A stretch of 64,000 nucleotides of DNA from Macrostomum lignano. Its lineage: Eukaryota. The translations under genes and the position numbers were made by a program. The stretch is taken from contig NIVC01001140.1 of assembly GCA_002269645.1 (NCBI GenBank), forward strand, positions 97,529 to 161,528. The letters are read 5' to 3'. Below the pieces are notes generated by a model. It saw nothing but the letters and a program-made list of their open reading frames with translations, made no database searches and was not told the origin of the DNA. Shown one piece after another: positions 20,517 through 31,874 of this stretch; position 1 is the first letter of the stretch, and each line of letters starts with the position of its first letter.

Positions 20517-21220
20517 ATCAAGGTGGATTCTCATCACAGTAAATTCATATCAAGGTCGATTCTTATCCCAGTAAAGTCATATCAAGGTCGATTCTTATCA
20601 CAGTAAATTCATATCAAGGTGGATTCTTATCACAGTAAATTCATATCAAGGTGGATTCTTATCACAGTAAATTCATATCAAGGTCGATTCTTATCCCAGT
20701 AAAGTCATATCAAGGTGGATTCTCATCACAGTAAATTCATATCAAGGTCGATTCTTATCCCAGTAAAGTCATATCAAGGTCGATTCTTATCACAGTAAAT
20801 TCATATCAAGGTGGATTCTTATCACAGTAAATTCATATCAAGGTCGATTCTTATCCCAGTAAAGTCATATCAAGGTCGATTCTTATCACAGTAAATTCAT
20901 ATCAAGGTCGATTCTTATCCCAGTAAAGTCATATCAAGGTCGATTCTTATCACAGTAAATTCATATCAAGGCGGATTCTTATCACAGTAAAGTCATATCA
21001 AGGTCGATTCTTATCACAGTAAATTCATATCAAGGCGGATTCTTATCACGGGAAATTCATATCAAGGTCGATTCTTATCCCAGTAAAGTCATATCAAGGT
21101 CGATTCTTATCACAGTAAAGTCATATCAAGATCGATTCTTATCCCAGTAAAGTCATATCAAGGTCGATTCTTATCACAGTAAATTCATATCAAGGCGGAT
21201 TCTTATCACGGGAAATTCAT
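20517..21220. repeat. Minisatellite, 32-bp unit x22
   Basis: Unit atcaaggt(c/g)gattcttatc(a/c)cagtaaa(t/g)tcat with an exact 32-bp period (20520, 20552, 20584...) and no spacers. Confidence 0.95.
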
Positions 21221-21700
21221 GGAATTGAAAATTTTGTAAAAATGTAAAATTACTTACTACTTACTATTCCTTCACAGCGGAAGTAAAAGGTTTATTACTA
21301 CTAAATTTATTGCTACTGTGATAGACTCACTCAATATTTGGTCATGCAGTGCTGATTGCTTTGAAAAGAATTATTAACCGTATGCTGGAGACAGCTACCA
21401 TTCAGCAGGTACTTTTGCATACAAAAAATGCACCTAAGGAAAAAGACCACATTTGGCGGAGTGGGGCCAATGCAAGTCTGCATCGATCACGTTCAATCCA
21501 ATTCCATAAAGAAAAGTTTGTTGTAACGGATAGCAAATAATAAGCTTAAAAGGGGTCAAGCTGATTTGAACATATCAATGAGACAAGACCCGCGTACGAA
21601 ACGGGTCTTAGGCTCCTAAGTTATACTCGTACATGCGGCAGGAGTTAAACTTGAGAAGTTAAAATGAATTCACGCATATAGCTTTCGTCATGTGACATTA

Positions 21701-22180
21701 TTAAAGGGAGCTTTCCAAAGAAGCCCAGCTCTTGACAGCAACCTCGCTGGAAACTTGGTCTCCATTGCTGTTGCCGTCCCCAAGAGTGCCTGTTCTGTCC
21801 TCGAGAGCGGCTGTGCTGTTCTCGAGAGCAGTTTTGCTGTCCCCGAGAGCGGCTGTGCTGTTCTCGAGAGCAGTTTTGCTGTCCTCGAGAGCGGCTGTGC
21901 TGTCACCGAGAGTGGCCGTTCTGTCCTCGAGAGCCGGTGAAGACCTGAGTCCGGCAGCGGCCATACTGGAAACTTGATCACCGTTGTTGTTGCTGCCCCT
22001 GAGAGCGACTGTAGAAGCCGTGCGTTGTGCAGCGGCACTGCTGGCAGCAAGTGTCCGTCGCCTCTTCTTAACGGCAGGTTCAGTCGGGATGATCGGCGGT
22101 GGCAGGCCAGCCAGACGATTGGAGCGGCGCATTGGGGCACCGTTGACCCTGTCAGCTGAGAAAGTTCGTTTCTGTGGCAT
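21701..22180 (-). CDS. Hypothetical protein (about 159 aa) with basic NLS-like motif and 7-aa repeats
   Basis: MPQKRTF...RRSNRLAG...AVKKRRRT..., then LEDSKTA/LENSTAA/LGDSKTA heptads from a 21-bp DNA repeat. No recognisable domain. Confidence 0.4.
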   Translation of the reverse strand: MPQKRTFSADRVNGAPMRRSNRLAGLPPPIIPTEPAVKKRRRTLAASSAAAQRTASTVALRGSNNNGDQVSSMAAAGLRSSPALEDRTATLGDSTAALEDSKTALENSTAALGDSKTALENSTAALEDRTGTLGDGNSNGDQVSSEVAVKSWASLESSL

Positions 22181-22819
22181 TCCCGAATATGTAGCCGTTT
22201 TGTATCTTCGTGATAAAGCTTTTATGATTCCAGCATCACAAAGACAGAATGTGTCACTCATCCCTGACGGGGAAGGAAGGGGCCATAGACAGCACGCACT
22301 CTAGTTGGGTGTTCAACTCTTACCTACATTTTGCAAAGATTTATTAGATTAAAAAATCAAGAATATGAGTAAATGAAAGTTCAGAAATTCTTTCTCTCAA
22401 CAGACAAATTTTATTGAGCTATTTATTAGAGTCCGAAGCTCCCTTAACTGGCTGGTTGATGCACAGATAAGCTGGGAGCACTGAGCCTTTAAAGTTTCTG
22501 ATCAGTCAAAAACTGCGGGCTGAAGCTCCTGACTCCCCTTAAACGCGATAGGTAAAACGGATGCTTTCTGGCTATGAAAGTTGAGTCTGCAAATTTATTG
22601 AAATTTCTGGAGGAGAGAAGTAGCAAAGCTACCTTTTTTCAGTGGCAATCAAATTGGACGAGGAATGAGGAGCATTGTGCACGTTTACTTAATTCTCACA
22701 AGAGTAATAAACAAGAGCACGGTGACTTCGAGGGGTACGAAGGTTAATCAGGGACTGGCCAGAGGTGCCCAGCTGAAATACGCTCGAAGACCTTGGATCT
22801 AGACAAGTTTAGGGATTTT

Positions 22820-23464
22820 TCAGGAACTGATGCTGTGGTTCAGCATGCAGACGAACTGGTCGTAACTGACTTTGCCACTGCCGCTGGTGTCCAGCTGGCC
22901 GATCATCCGCTCGGCCAGCCGCTCGGCCGGCTCTCCGGCCTGACCGTCCCCCATGAGGGCCTCCACCGACATCTGCAGCTCCTCGGCGCTGATGAAGCCG
23001 TCGCTATCCTGATCCAGATGCCGGAAGATCGCCTTCAGACAGGCGTGAGTGCTGCGCCGCTTGCGCAGCTTCTTTGAGCATACCAGGGTGGCAAAGTCGT
23101 AGAACTCCATGGACTCCACGCCCTGCGCAGCCAGGGAGTTCATGCTCTCCTGTTGGAATGAAAACGGCATCTTTTGTTGGCTCAATAAAAACCCAGCAGC
23201 AGTCACACGCAAAGCCTTAGAAATCCGCATCAGCTTATAATCTCTCAGACCTACCTCAATGACGGTCTCGCTGACGAAGGTCTGGGCCGCCTCGAAACCT
23301 TCAATCAGCTTGGCGACTGGGAATCGGCCCTGCTTGTTCTCAAAGCGGCGGAACGCTTCCATGCACTGCCGCAAGTCGCTCTCCGTCATCTCCACGCTGC
23401 TGCTGGGGTCGATGCCCAGAAGGGACTTCAGCTGGCTGCTGCCCGTCTGCCTGGCCGAGTGCAT
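22820..23464 (-). CDS. Calmodulin-like EF-hand protein (about 179 aa); exons 23464-23255 and 23149-22820
   Basis: C-lobe loops DQDSDGFISAEE and DTSGSGKVSYDQF, with degenerate N-lobe loops. A 105-nt GT-AG intron lies at 23254-23150. The start codon is tentative. Confidence 0.8.
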   Translation of the reverse strand: MHSARQTGSSQLKSLLGIDPSSSVEMTESDLRQCMEAFRRFENKQGRFPVAKLIEGFEAAQTFVSETVIEVGLRDYKLMRISKALRVTAAGFLLSQQKMPFSFQQESMNSLAAQGVESMEFYDFATLVCSKKLRKRRSTHACLKAIFRHLDQDSDGFISAEELQMSVEALMGDGQAGEPAERLAERMIGQLDTSGSGKVSYDQFVCMLNHSISS

Positions 23465-24037
23465 TGCTGTTCGTAGAGGAGAAAATGACTCAGATTTAGA
23501 ACTGCCTCGCACTGAGACTCTGTTCACAGAGCACTGCAAAGGGACTCCTTATATGCTGTGGGCAACGACCTTTTTTGTCCGATTACTTACTGCAGAAATT
23601 TTTAAATTCTTTCGTCCAAGCATTTGCTGACGCAGTGACGCTTGATGGACAAGCTGAGATGATGATGGCTCTCACAGACTAGCCTGTCAATCACTGCTGC
23701 CCAGCCTCCGCACACGGCAGCTGTAGATGGGTGCGAGCGCTGCCCATCGGATTGACGGACCCTATAAGTTATGAAAGCTTAGCGCTTCTCCTGCAGTTAT
23801 TTACTAACTCGCAGTGCCGACGGCACATTTCACTCCAGTCAAGACGTCATGCTGGCCCGTGAGAAGAATTCCTGCACTGCACAGCTTCAAACTCCCACGG
23901 GATGGAGAGCTAAAATGTTCAGACCAAAACAAACAACAAACTGACATGCTGTCGGAGGTCTGCGCTGTCTGCGCTGTCTGAACTTTCTTATCTGGTACCT
24001 AAGTGCACTTTGTACATTAATTTAGGGTGCAGACTAT

Positions 24038-24178
24038 GATGGGGCCAGAGCGGAGACTGCAGGCTATGATGGGATCAGTGAAGACTGCAGGTTGATGGGG
24101 CCAGAGCGGAGACTGCAGGCTGTGATGGGATCAGTGAAGACTGCAGGTTGATGGGGCCAGAGCGGAGACTGCAGGCTG
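24038..24178. repeat. 56-bp tandem repeat x2.5 made of two related subunits (30 + 26 bp)
   Basis: Units start at 24038, 24094 and 24150: gatggggccagagcggagactgcaggct / gatgggatcagtgaagactgcaggtt. Confidence 0.85.
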
Positions 24179-24597
24179 TTACTCGCATTTGTGTGCTCCA
24201 CAGCTTCCTTCTACTCGCAGGTGTATCGCCTTTGATGATGGAACGGACACCCTCCGAATTTGTATCTCTGAGCCTTCACAGTTCAGCTTAGGCCATAAAG
24301 AGGGTGATTTTATTGCCAGAACCAGCATTTTGAAATTAGAAATTTAGTGGTTTTGAAAAAATCAGCCCTCACACCTGGAAACTGGAGCGGGAATTTACTG
24401 CCGACTTCCCCAGCTGTCATCCCTTCATACACAGCCCAGTCTCCCAGCCTGAGTGGCTCAGAGCTGCGGGGCTGCTGGCTGGCAGGCGGATTGGCTCGGC
24501 CGGGGCTGAGCGGGCCAATATCAGCCAGCCATCAGCTGCCGTCTCAATGAGTTCTGTGATCCCAGCCTGGCAATTTACCTGGCAATCAGCAGCAACA

Positions 24598-27500
24598 ATG
24601 CCATCAGCATCTAACAAGGTGGGCTCGGTCGAGTCGCTGCGAGTCGAGCAGGATGATGAAGAGGATCGGAGGCTGGCGATGAAGCTGATCGCGGATAAGA
24701 GACTGGAGGCGCTGGACACAGTCGAGGGATATGAGCTGATCGGGCTGCCCGGTGGTGAGCAACGAAAAGAAAACCATTTTGTTATACCGAATGCCTGACC
24801 GAACACATTGCATCTCTGCATTGGAATGATTGTTATACCGAATGCCTGACCGAACACATTGCATCTCTGCATTGGAATGTTTGTTGTGCCGAATGACTGA
24901 CCGAACACATTGCATTTCTGCATTGGAATGTTTGTTGTGCCGAATGCCTGACCGAACACATTGCATCTCTGCATTGGAATGTTTGTTGTGCCGAATGCCT
25001 GACCGAACACATTGCATTTCTGCATTGGAATGTTTGTTGTGCCGAATGCCTGACCGAACACATTGCATTTCTGTATTGGAATGTTTGTTGTGCCGAATGC
25101 CTGACCGAACACATTGCATTTCTGCATTGGAATGTTTGTTGTGCCGAATGCCTGACCGAACACATTGCATTTCTGCATTGGAATGTTTGTTGTGCCGAAT
25201 GCCTGACCGAACACATTGCATTTCTGCATTGGAATGTTTGTTGTGCCGAATGCCTGACCGAACACATTGCATTTCTGCATTGGAATGTTTGTTATACCGA
25301 ATGCCTGACCGAACACATTGCATCTCTGCATTGGAATGTTTGTTGTGCCGAATGCCTGACCGAACACATTGCATTTCTGCATTGGAATTTTTGTTGTGCC
25401 GAATGCCTGACCAAACACATAGCGTCTCTGCATTGGAATGTTTGTTGTGCCGAATGCCTGACATAACACATTTCTGCATTGGAATGTTTGTTGTGCCGAA
25501 TGCCTGACCGAACACATTGCATTTCTGTATTGGAATGTTTGTTGTGCCGAATGCCTGACCGAACACATTGCATTTCTGCATTGGAATGTTTGTTGTGCCG
25601 AATGCCTGACCAAATGCATTGCATTTCTGCATTGGCGCCACTTCCCCCAAACTGTCAGAAATGGCGCACCAGCCGGCGCCGAATCGACAGCCGCGACAGT
25701 TCGACGCCAGAGCGGGCATCAAGTCATTCGAGCGGTGAGTTGCTCGGAGCCCCGGATCTTTTAAGCTTACATAATTTGTAAAAGTGCGCCTGTCTGCTTC
25801 AAACTGCAAAGCTACCCCAGTGCACAGCCAGCAAGTGTCTCAACCAACGCCAGAATAACTTACATTTTCCTGCTCCGGTGTCACAACTTTTTGGTGAAAA
25901 AACGCGGCCGTTTCAGCGACCTGCTTCCTGAGTTGACTTCTGCAATGCAGCCGGAAAATCCGTTCGCTCAGCAGTTGTGCCTGGAAGTTCCGTATTGCTA
26001 GTGCAGATCACTGAAGCCCTGGGCAAAAGGAACAATAGACGGGCAGTTTTTTGCAGGTGCTGCAGGAGCCTGTTCTGCGATGCAGTTGCACCGAGAATTT
26101 CACTGACAAGGGTGGTTGGTTGATAGTTCAGCATGGCCACACAGCCGTCTGTGGGATGAGTAATCGGAGTTTTTGCGAGTTCCATATGACGGCCACAGCA
26201 GAGGACTTTGTTCAACTTGGTAACGAGGAGAATAAAAAAATACGGTAGCCTTTGGGGCAACTCGTAGCAAGGGTTTGTGCAGTCCGTGCTTGACTGTCAT
26301 TTGTTGTTTCACAAGATAGGCCTTTCGAGAATCTCGGTTGAGAGCTGTTGATCTTGCCATCGAAATAACAAAGGCAAGTGAAAATTGCGCAGATATGCAG
26401 AGTGAGCTACAATAAATGCAGAGTCGTAAGCTTAACTTGGTTGGCAGTGCTGCGACTGAAGATCGAACCCATCACCTGGACTTTATTTACCACAGGGAAA
26501 ACAAGGCAGAAAATATTAAGCAAGAAAAAATATTGTTGAGGAAAATAAGTTTTAATAGAGGGCCTCCACATCACGCTCTGGACTGTAAACCAATCTGTAC
26601 TGCGACTTGATGGCTCACTAGATAGCTGAGATCGAGTCATGAGTTTGTATTCTCGCTCTGGACTGTAAACCAATCTGTACTGCGACTTGATGGCTCACTA
26701 GATAGCTGAGATCGAGTCATGGGTTTGTATCATGAGTTAGATAGCTGAGATCGAGTCATGAGTTTGTATTCTCGCTCTGGACTGTAAACCAATCTGTACT
26801 GCGACTTGATGGCTCACTAGATAGCTGAGATCGAGTCATGAGTTTGTATTCTCGCTCTGGACTGTAAACCAATCTGTACTGCGACTTGATGGCTCACTAG
26901 ATAGCTGAGATCGAGTCATGAGTTTGTATTCTCGCTCTGGACTGTAAACCAATCTGTACTGCGACTTGATGGCTCACTAGATAGCTGAGATCGAGTCATG
27001 GGTTTGTATTCTCGCTCTGGACTGTAAACCAATCTGTACTGCGACTTGATGGCTCACTAGATAGCTGAGATCGAGCCTTAATCCTAGTGTCAAAGTGAGC
27101 AGTTTTGACTTCAGATTGACTTCAAAACCTAGCAATTTATAAATAGTAATTGCATATGTAAGCCATATTTAAGCTATATGCCATTGACGAGGGTTTTTTG
27201 GTACGCAGAGAGCAGAATGCGTGGCAGAAGAATTTGAGACATTGGAATGCAGGTAGTACAGAATGCACTATAGTTTTCTGGTTTCGGCGACACCCTGCTT
27301 GCAGCTCTTTTAATGAGGCTGAGACAAATTCAAAGCTTATTTTGTAGTTATAATTAGAATTTTTTTCTCTAAAAGTGACTTTAGAGGTGACTAAATAACC
27401 GCGGTGGATCAATTCATCAAACTTGTGCAGCTGCCTTCCCCAATTTCTGCAGGCTGCCCAAGGTCACAGCTGAAATTGCACGCGAAATTCTGGTGGCCCA

Positions 27501-30500
27501 AGCGCCTCAGAAGTGCTGCCAGAGCAAGCAGTTCTTATGGGACATGCCCATTACCAAGGTCGAGAACACACTGGCGTGGCACGTGAGTAGCGGGCTTGGC
27601 TCACAGGGTGAGCAGCTGAGCGGGTTGGTGTGTATTTGCTGTACGCTCGTAGCGGAGCGCCAGTCACAAAGCAGGTACTCAACCGCAGGGTCTGTAACCG
27701 CACCCTCCTCCCAATTGACACCGCTGACCAGCGCATATCGCTGTCTCTACCTGTAAGCCAGCTGCATGAGTTAGAAACATTTCCCTGCAGGGTGAGCCTT
27801 GCCAAAATCCAAAAATTCCCATGGGATGCGGGTAGAAAAATTTTGGGAAATATAATTAATCGGAGGGAGTTAAACAGGGTTTATTGGGCGCGGGATATTA
27901 TTGCTGCAACGGATAGGAAAGCTTTGCAGGTGAGCCTGTGTCGGCATGGCAACGCATTTAGTCTGCCAGTAGAGATTCTACAGCAGCCAGCCTATCGCAG
28001 GCATCCGGTCATCCGGAAAGTTCTTGCGCTTCTCTACGAACCAAAGTTAGTCAGAGTGAAAAGCATATATACAATATTAGCATATATACAATATTAGAAT
28101 ATTGAGGCGGAAGGCCTTTTAGTTTCAATAGATGGAATGGCAGCCAAGATGTTGCACTGCATTGCTCGTATATTTATACAAATGAAAACAGCGCGAGATT
28201 ATTGAGGGGCCTAGGGAGGTGCGCACATGTGGCGTGGCGTGATTGGCTACGCCAACCCCCCTGGCTTAGCGAGCCGGCTAGTGCGGTGCGCCACCACCCC
28301 ACCTCAGCTAGACAGAGGTTGGCGGGGGGGGGGTTTCCAGTGCGGCTGCACTGGTGCTGCCGGTCGCGTAGTCTGGCCGCCACACAGCTCACCCCAGCAC
28401 CGAGCTAGGCCACGAACGTCGGGTAGTAGCCGAAGCAGCGAGAGCGCCGAGGAGCGGGTGCCGAAGACGGCGGGGGCGCGAGGCGGGCGCCGAAGGCAGC
28501 AGAGCGCCGATGGCAGCAGGTCGCCGAACGGGCGCCGAGCGGGGGTGCGAGGCAGGCGCCGAGCGGGGGTGCGAGGCAGGCGCCGAAGGCGGCGGGGCGC
28601 CAGGCGGGCGCCGAAGGCAGCAGCAGCAGGGCGCCAGGCGGGCGCCGATGGCAGCAGGGCGTCAGGTGGGCGCCGAAGGCAGCAGGGGCGCGCGGCCGGA
28701 CCACACCCGAGGCAATCGACAGTCAGTTGCCGCCGTAGTCTATATATACAATATTAGCATATATACAATATTAGCATATATACAATATTAGCATATATAC
28801 AATTATCAATATTAGCATATATACAATATTAGCATATATACAATATTAGCATATATACAATATTAGCATATATACAATATTAGCATATATACAATATTAG
28901 CATATATACAATTATCAATATTAGCATATATACAATATTAGCATACGAGCTATATACAATATTAGCATATATACAATATTAGCATATATACAATTATTAG
29001 CATACATACAATATTAGCATATATACAATATTAGCATATATACAATATTAGCATATATACAATATTAGCATATATACAATATTAGCATATATACAATAAT
29101 AGCTCAACAAAAAGTCACCCAAACTGCAACGAAAGGTATCGCTTCTCAAATCTTTGTGAAGGGCTTCGAGGGAGCAGGCAGGATAAAGGGAACTAAAGCT
29201 ACTTCAAACTAACAGCCGGAGTCTGACAAATCTTCTGCTGCCCCATGCAGTGGGGATGCGCACACCCCAGGGCTTGCATTCGCATAACTGAATAGCAATG
29301 AGCCACTGAGATGCTGAATGAAGATGACGCGCTTGTTCGTCACATAAAATGCCTGAAGTAGCTGGCGGAGCCTAGCAAGACACGAAATTGGGATACAATG
29401 GGCAGGAAATGTAAATATGACAAAATTTTTGTTAGAACACAATAAGCAGGTTGATGGGGAAGTCTGGGCGTCATTCTTCAAACGCAGCAAAGCTACCGTA
29501 CAAGTGCACCGCTTCCCATGATTGCAGTACAGCCTGGAGACTTATGTTGAATCCCGCTTCACCTGCTGGAGCTACGAGCCTTTCTCTGGCCAGAAGCTGG
29601 ACAGTCCTAACGAGGGCAAGGCGCCCGGGCCCTGGGAGGTTGAGCTGAGGCCGCGGGAAATGTTCGTGGATCAGGACAAGGAGCTCATCGTCCCACACAC
29701 CAGCACTGTGACGGTGAATTTTTTACGCTCGTAGTATGCAACTAGACTTTACACTTACTCCAGCTTCACCCTCCACACCAAAAGGCTGACTGTGATCCTA
29801 CTTTTCTGCCCTTTTTAGCCGTGCCACCACTGCAATGCTAAGGGCAAGACGGTGTGTCACAAGTGCAGAGGGAAGAAGCTGACCCGATGCGGTGACTGCG
29901 GCGGCCATGGTCATAAGACGGTAGCCCAGGGCGCCGTGCTGAGGAAAGTCGACTGTGGGGAGTGTGATGGACAGGGCAAGCGTCGGTGAGTTGCTCATTC
30001 TGGGGCGTCGTATTTGAGGTTTCCTCATGGGTGTGGGTTGCTACACATGTACAGTGTACAGCATGCGTGCTCCAATAGCGAGCTGTATATAGGAAACTCG
30101 CGCAGTGTTTACTTGACAACCCTGCAGCCTCGCATCTAACGTACTTCATAAGTCTAGATAATTCAAAGCACTTTATACACACCATCCCTCACAGCTGTCC
30201 CTTGTGCAGCGGCAGCGGGGAGGAAACCTGCACAACCTGCAGTGGTCACCAGCAGCTCGTGTTCGCCGTGAAGCTAAAGTGTGAGTGGCGCGGAAAGAAC
30301 GCGGATTACATTGAGGAGCGCACGGACCTACCCGACGAGCTGGTGCGGGACGTGACAGGCAAAGTGATCTTCGAGGAGGAGGGCGAACTGCTGACTCCCA
30401 TCAGCAACTTTCCTATCTCGCCGGTGAACCGAGCCTCCAAGTCGCTGATCGGGGCCCACGAGAACAGCCTGAAAGGCCAGCGGGTGCTGAGACAGAGGCA

Positions 30501-30636
30501 CAACCTTCGCGGAATCCCGGTCACGGAGGTCCACTACGAGCACGAGGGCAGACAGGGCGTGTTCTTCGTGTACGGATTCGAGAACAAACTCTTCGCCCAG
30601 GGCCTGCCCAGCGGCAGCTGCTGCAGCCTTCTGTGA
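24598..30636 (+). CDS. SSUH2: SSUH2-like (ssu-2 homolog, DnaJ-type CxxCxGxG zinc repeats); exons 24598-24754, 25659-25734, 27453-27582, 29528-29713, 29819-29985, 30195-30636
   Basis: All junctions are GT-AG and phase-compatible. The protein contains TAEIAREIL...KCC, YSLETYVESR...PWEV...VPHTS, repeated CxxCxGxG and C-terminal QRHNLRGIPVTEV...FFVYG...CCSLL. Confidence 0.9.
24779..25635. repeat. Minisatellite, 51-bp unit x about 17, filling SSUH2 intron 1
   Basis: Unit gccgaatgcctgaccgaacacattgcatttctgcattggaatgtttgttgt; gives 17-aa repeat ORFs in several frames. Confidence 0.95.
26574..27075. repeat. Tandem repeat, 80-bp unit x about 6 plus a 39-nt partial copy, in SSUH2 intron 2
   Basis: Units start at 26574, 26654, 26773, 26853, 26933 and 27013. 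Confidence 0.93.
28741..29100. repeat. 17-bp minisatellite (tatatacaatattagca)n, with a further two-copy block near 28065-28098
   Basis: Direct reading of the repeated unit; both blocks lie in SSUH2 intron 3. Confidence 0.92.
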
Positions 30637-31874
30637 TGACTCAAATCTGATTGAACTCTGAGCACAGTGAGCTCTTAAGACGCCCATTTTCTTTTAATTT
30701 ATAGCCTCTCCCGAAAAGGTGCAGGTTGAACTGTTTCGATCAGGTAGTGAAAATTACTAGACGTTTTCTTTCGTGTACCGACTAAATTTCACATAAAGCT
30801 TGCTAACTAATAAAGTTGCTATCTGTGCGACGAGCACTAACCTAGCTGAGCCTGAGCCGATAAAAGCCTATTAAGCCCTTGTCCCTGTCCTCGTCAAATT
30901 TTCGTTGTCCATGTGCAATGGTTCTTAAGTTTAAGTCGCACCTGCGTATTTACATACTCGTACTGGATGGATATTCAATCAAACTTTGAATGAGGAATTT
31001 CCGCATGAAACAGAGGTGCAAGGGATGAAGGCTAATAATGCACACTTTAAATTACTAGTGAGCTGAAAAGTTGCTTCGATATACTTGCTGCTTTTACTCT
31101 GGACAGAGCTCAAAAAGTTCACACTAATCAAGGTAAAATCCGCTCAATAATTAATGTATAATGTGTATTTATACAGGTAAGCATAATCAAAAATGTCTCC
31201 GCACGCTTGATGGGAATAGCAGCAAAACAGACAGCTGTGGCTCAATAGACGGTCCTGCGCCACAATTCGTCATCAATACAAGAAACAGAGTGCAGGCCGA
31301 ACTGTCAGGCCCTGGCGGCAGGGTCGGGAGGTGCAGCCAGCTTTGAAAGCGGAACATAAAGAGGGAGTTTCAGCACTAAATTCAAGACTGCAGCAGAACA
31401 ACCTGCTGGGGGCAGATGCAGCATCGGAGCATGGCTGGCATGCAAGAAGCAGACAATATAAAGAAATCAAAGACCGCAATCACAATTTCTACATGTAACA
31501 GACAATACAAACAATAGAATTCGAAGACAAGGCGAGAAAACTCGAACCCGAGATAGCGCCGAGAGTAGCTAGGCGGGAGTGGCAAGCGGCTAACGCTGGG
31601 ATGAACTTGGTTGGCTGATGAGATGAGGAGCAGAAGCTGCGGGGACTGAGGGCAAAGCCAGTGGTAGGGATTCTCGGGCTATCACAGGTGGCAGGAGTTA
31701 ATGTACATGAGCGGGCAGCAAGCTCGCAGCCTTGCTCTCGGGTGTCGATGGAGGGCAGACTCTCGGGGGACATCGGAGAACTGCTAAGAGAAAAACGCCG
31801 AAATTCTCATTAAAAATGTGGCAGTAAGAAAGACGAGAGACATCAAAGTGGTGCGCGCGCTGAGAAGGCCAGGA

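Noticed and set aside
20517-21220. 32-bp repeat array as a CRISPR array
   Set aside because: Units are contiguous with no unique spacers, no cas genes are present, and the context is eukaryotic.
21585-21625. Helitron 3' end (8-bp hairpin AAGACCCG/CGGGTCTT)
   Set aside because: The downstream sequence is CTAAG rather than a clean CTRR|T junction, and no matching 5' TC end could be placed.
24417-25809. 400-aa Cys/His-rich repeat ORFs on both strands
   Set aside because: They arise from a stop-poor 51-bp unit lying inside a phase-consistent SSUH2 intron.
26574-27075. 80-bp array as a repeat-spacer system
   Set aside because: The whole unit is repeated nearly identically with no variable spacer.
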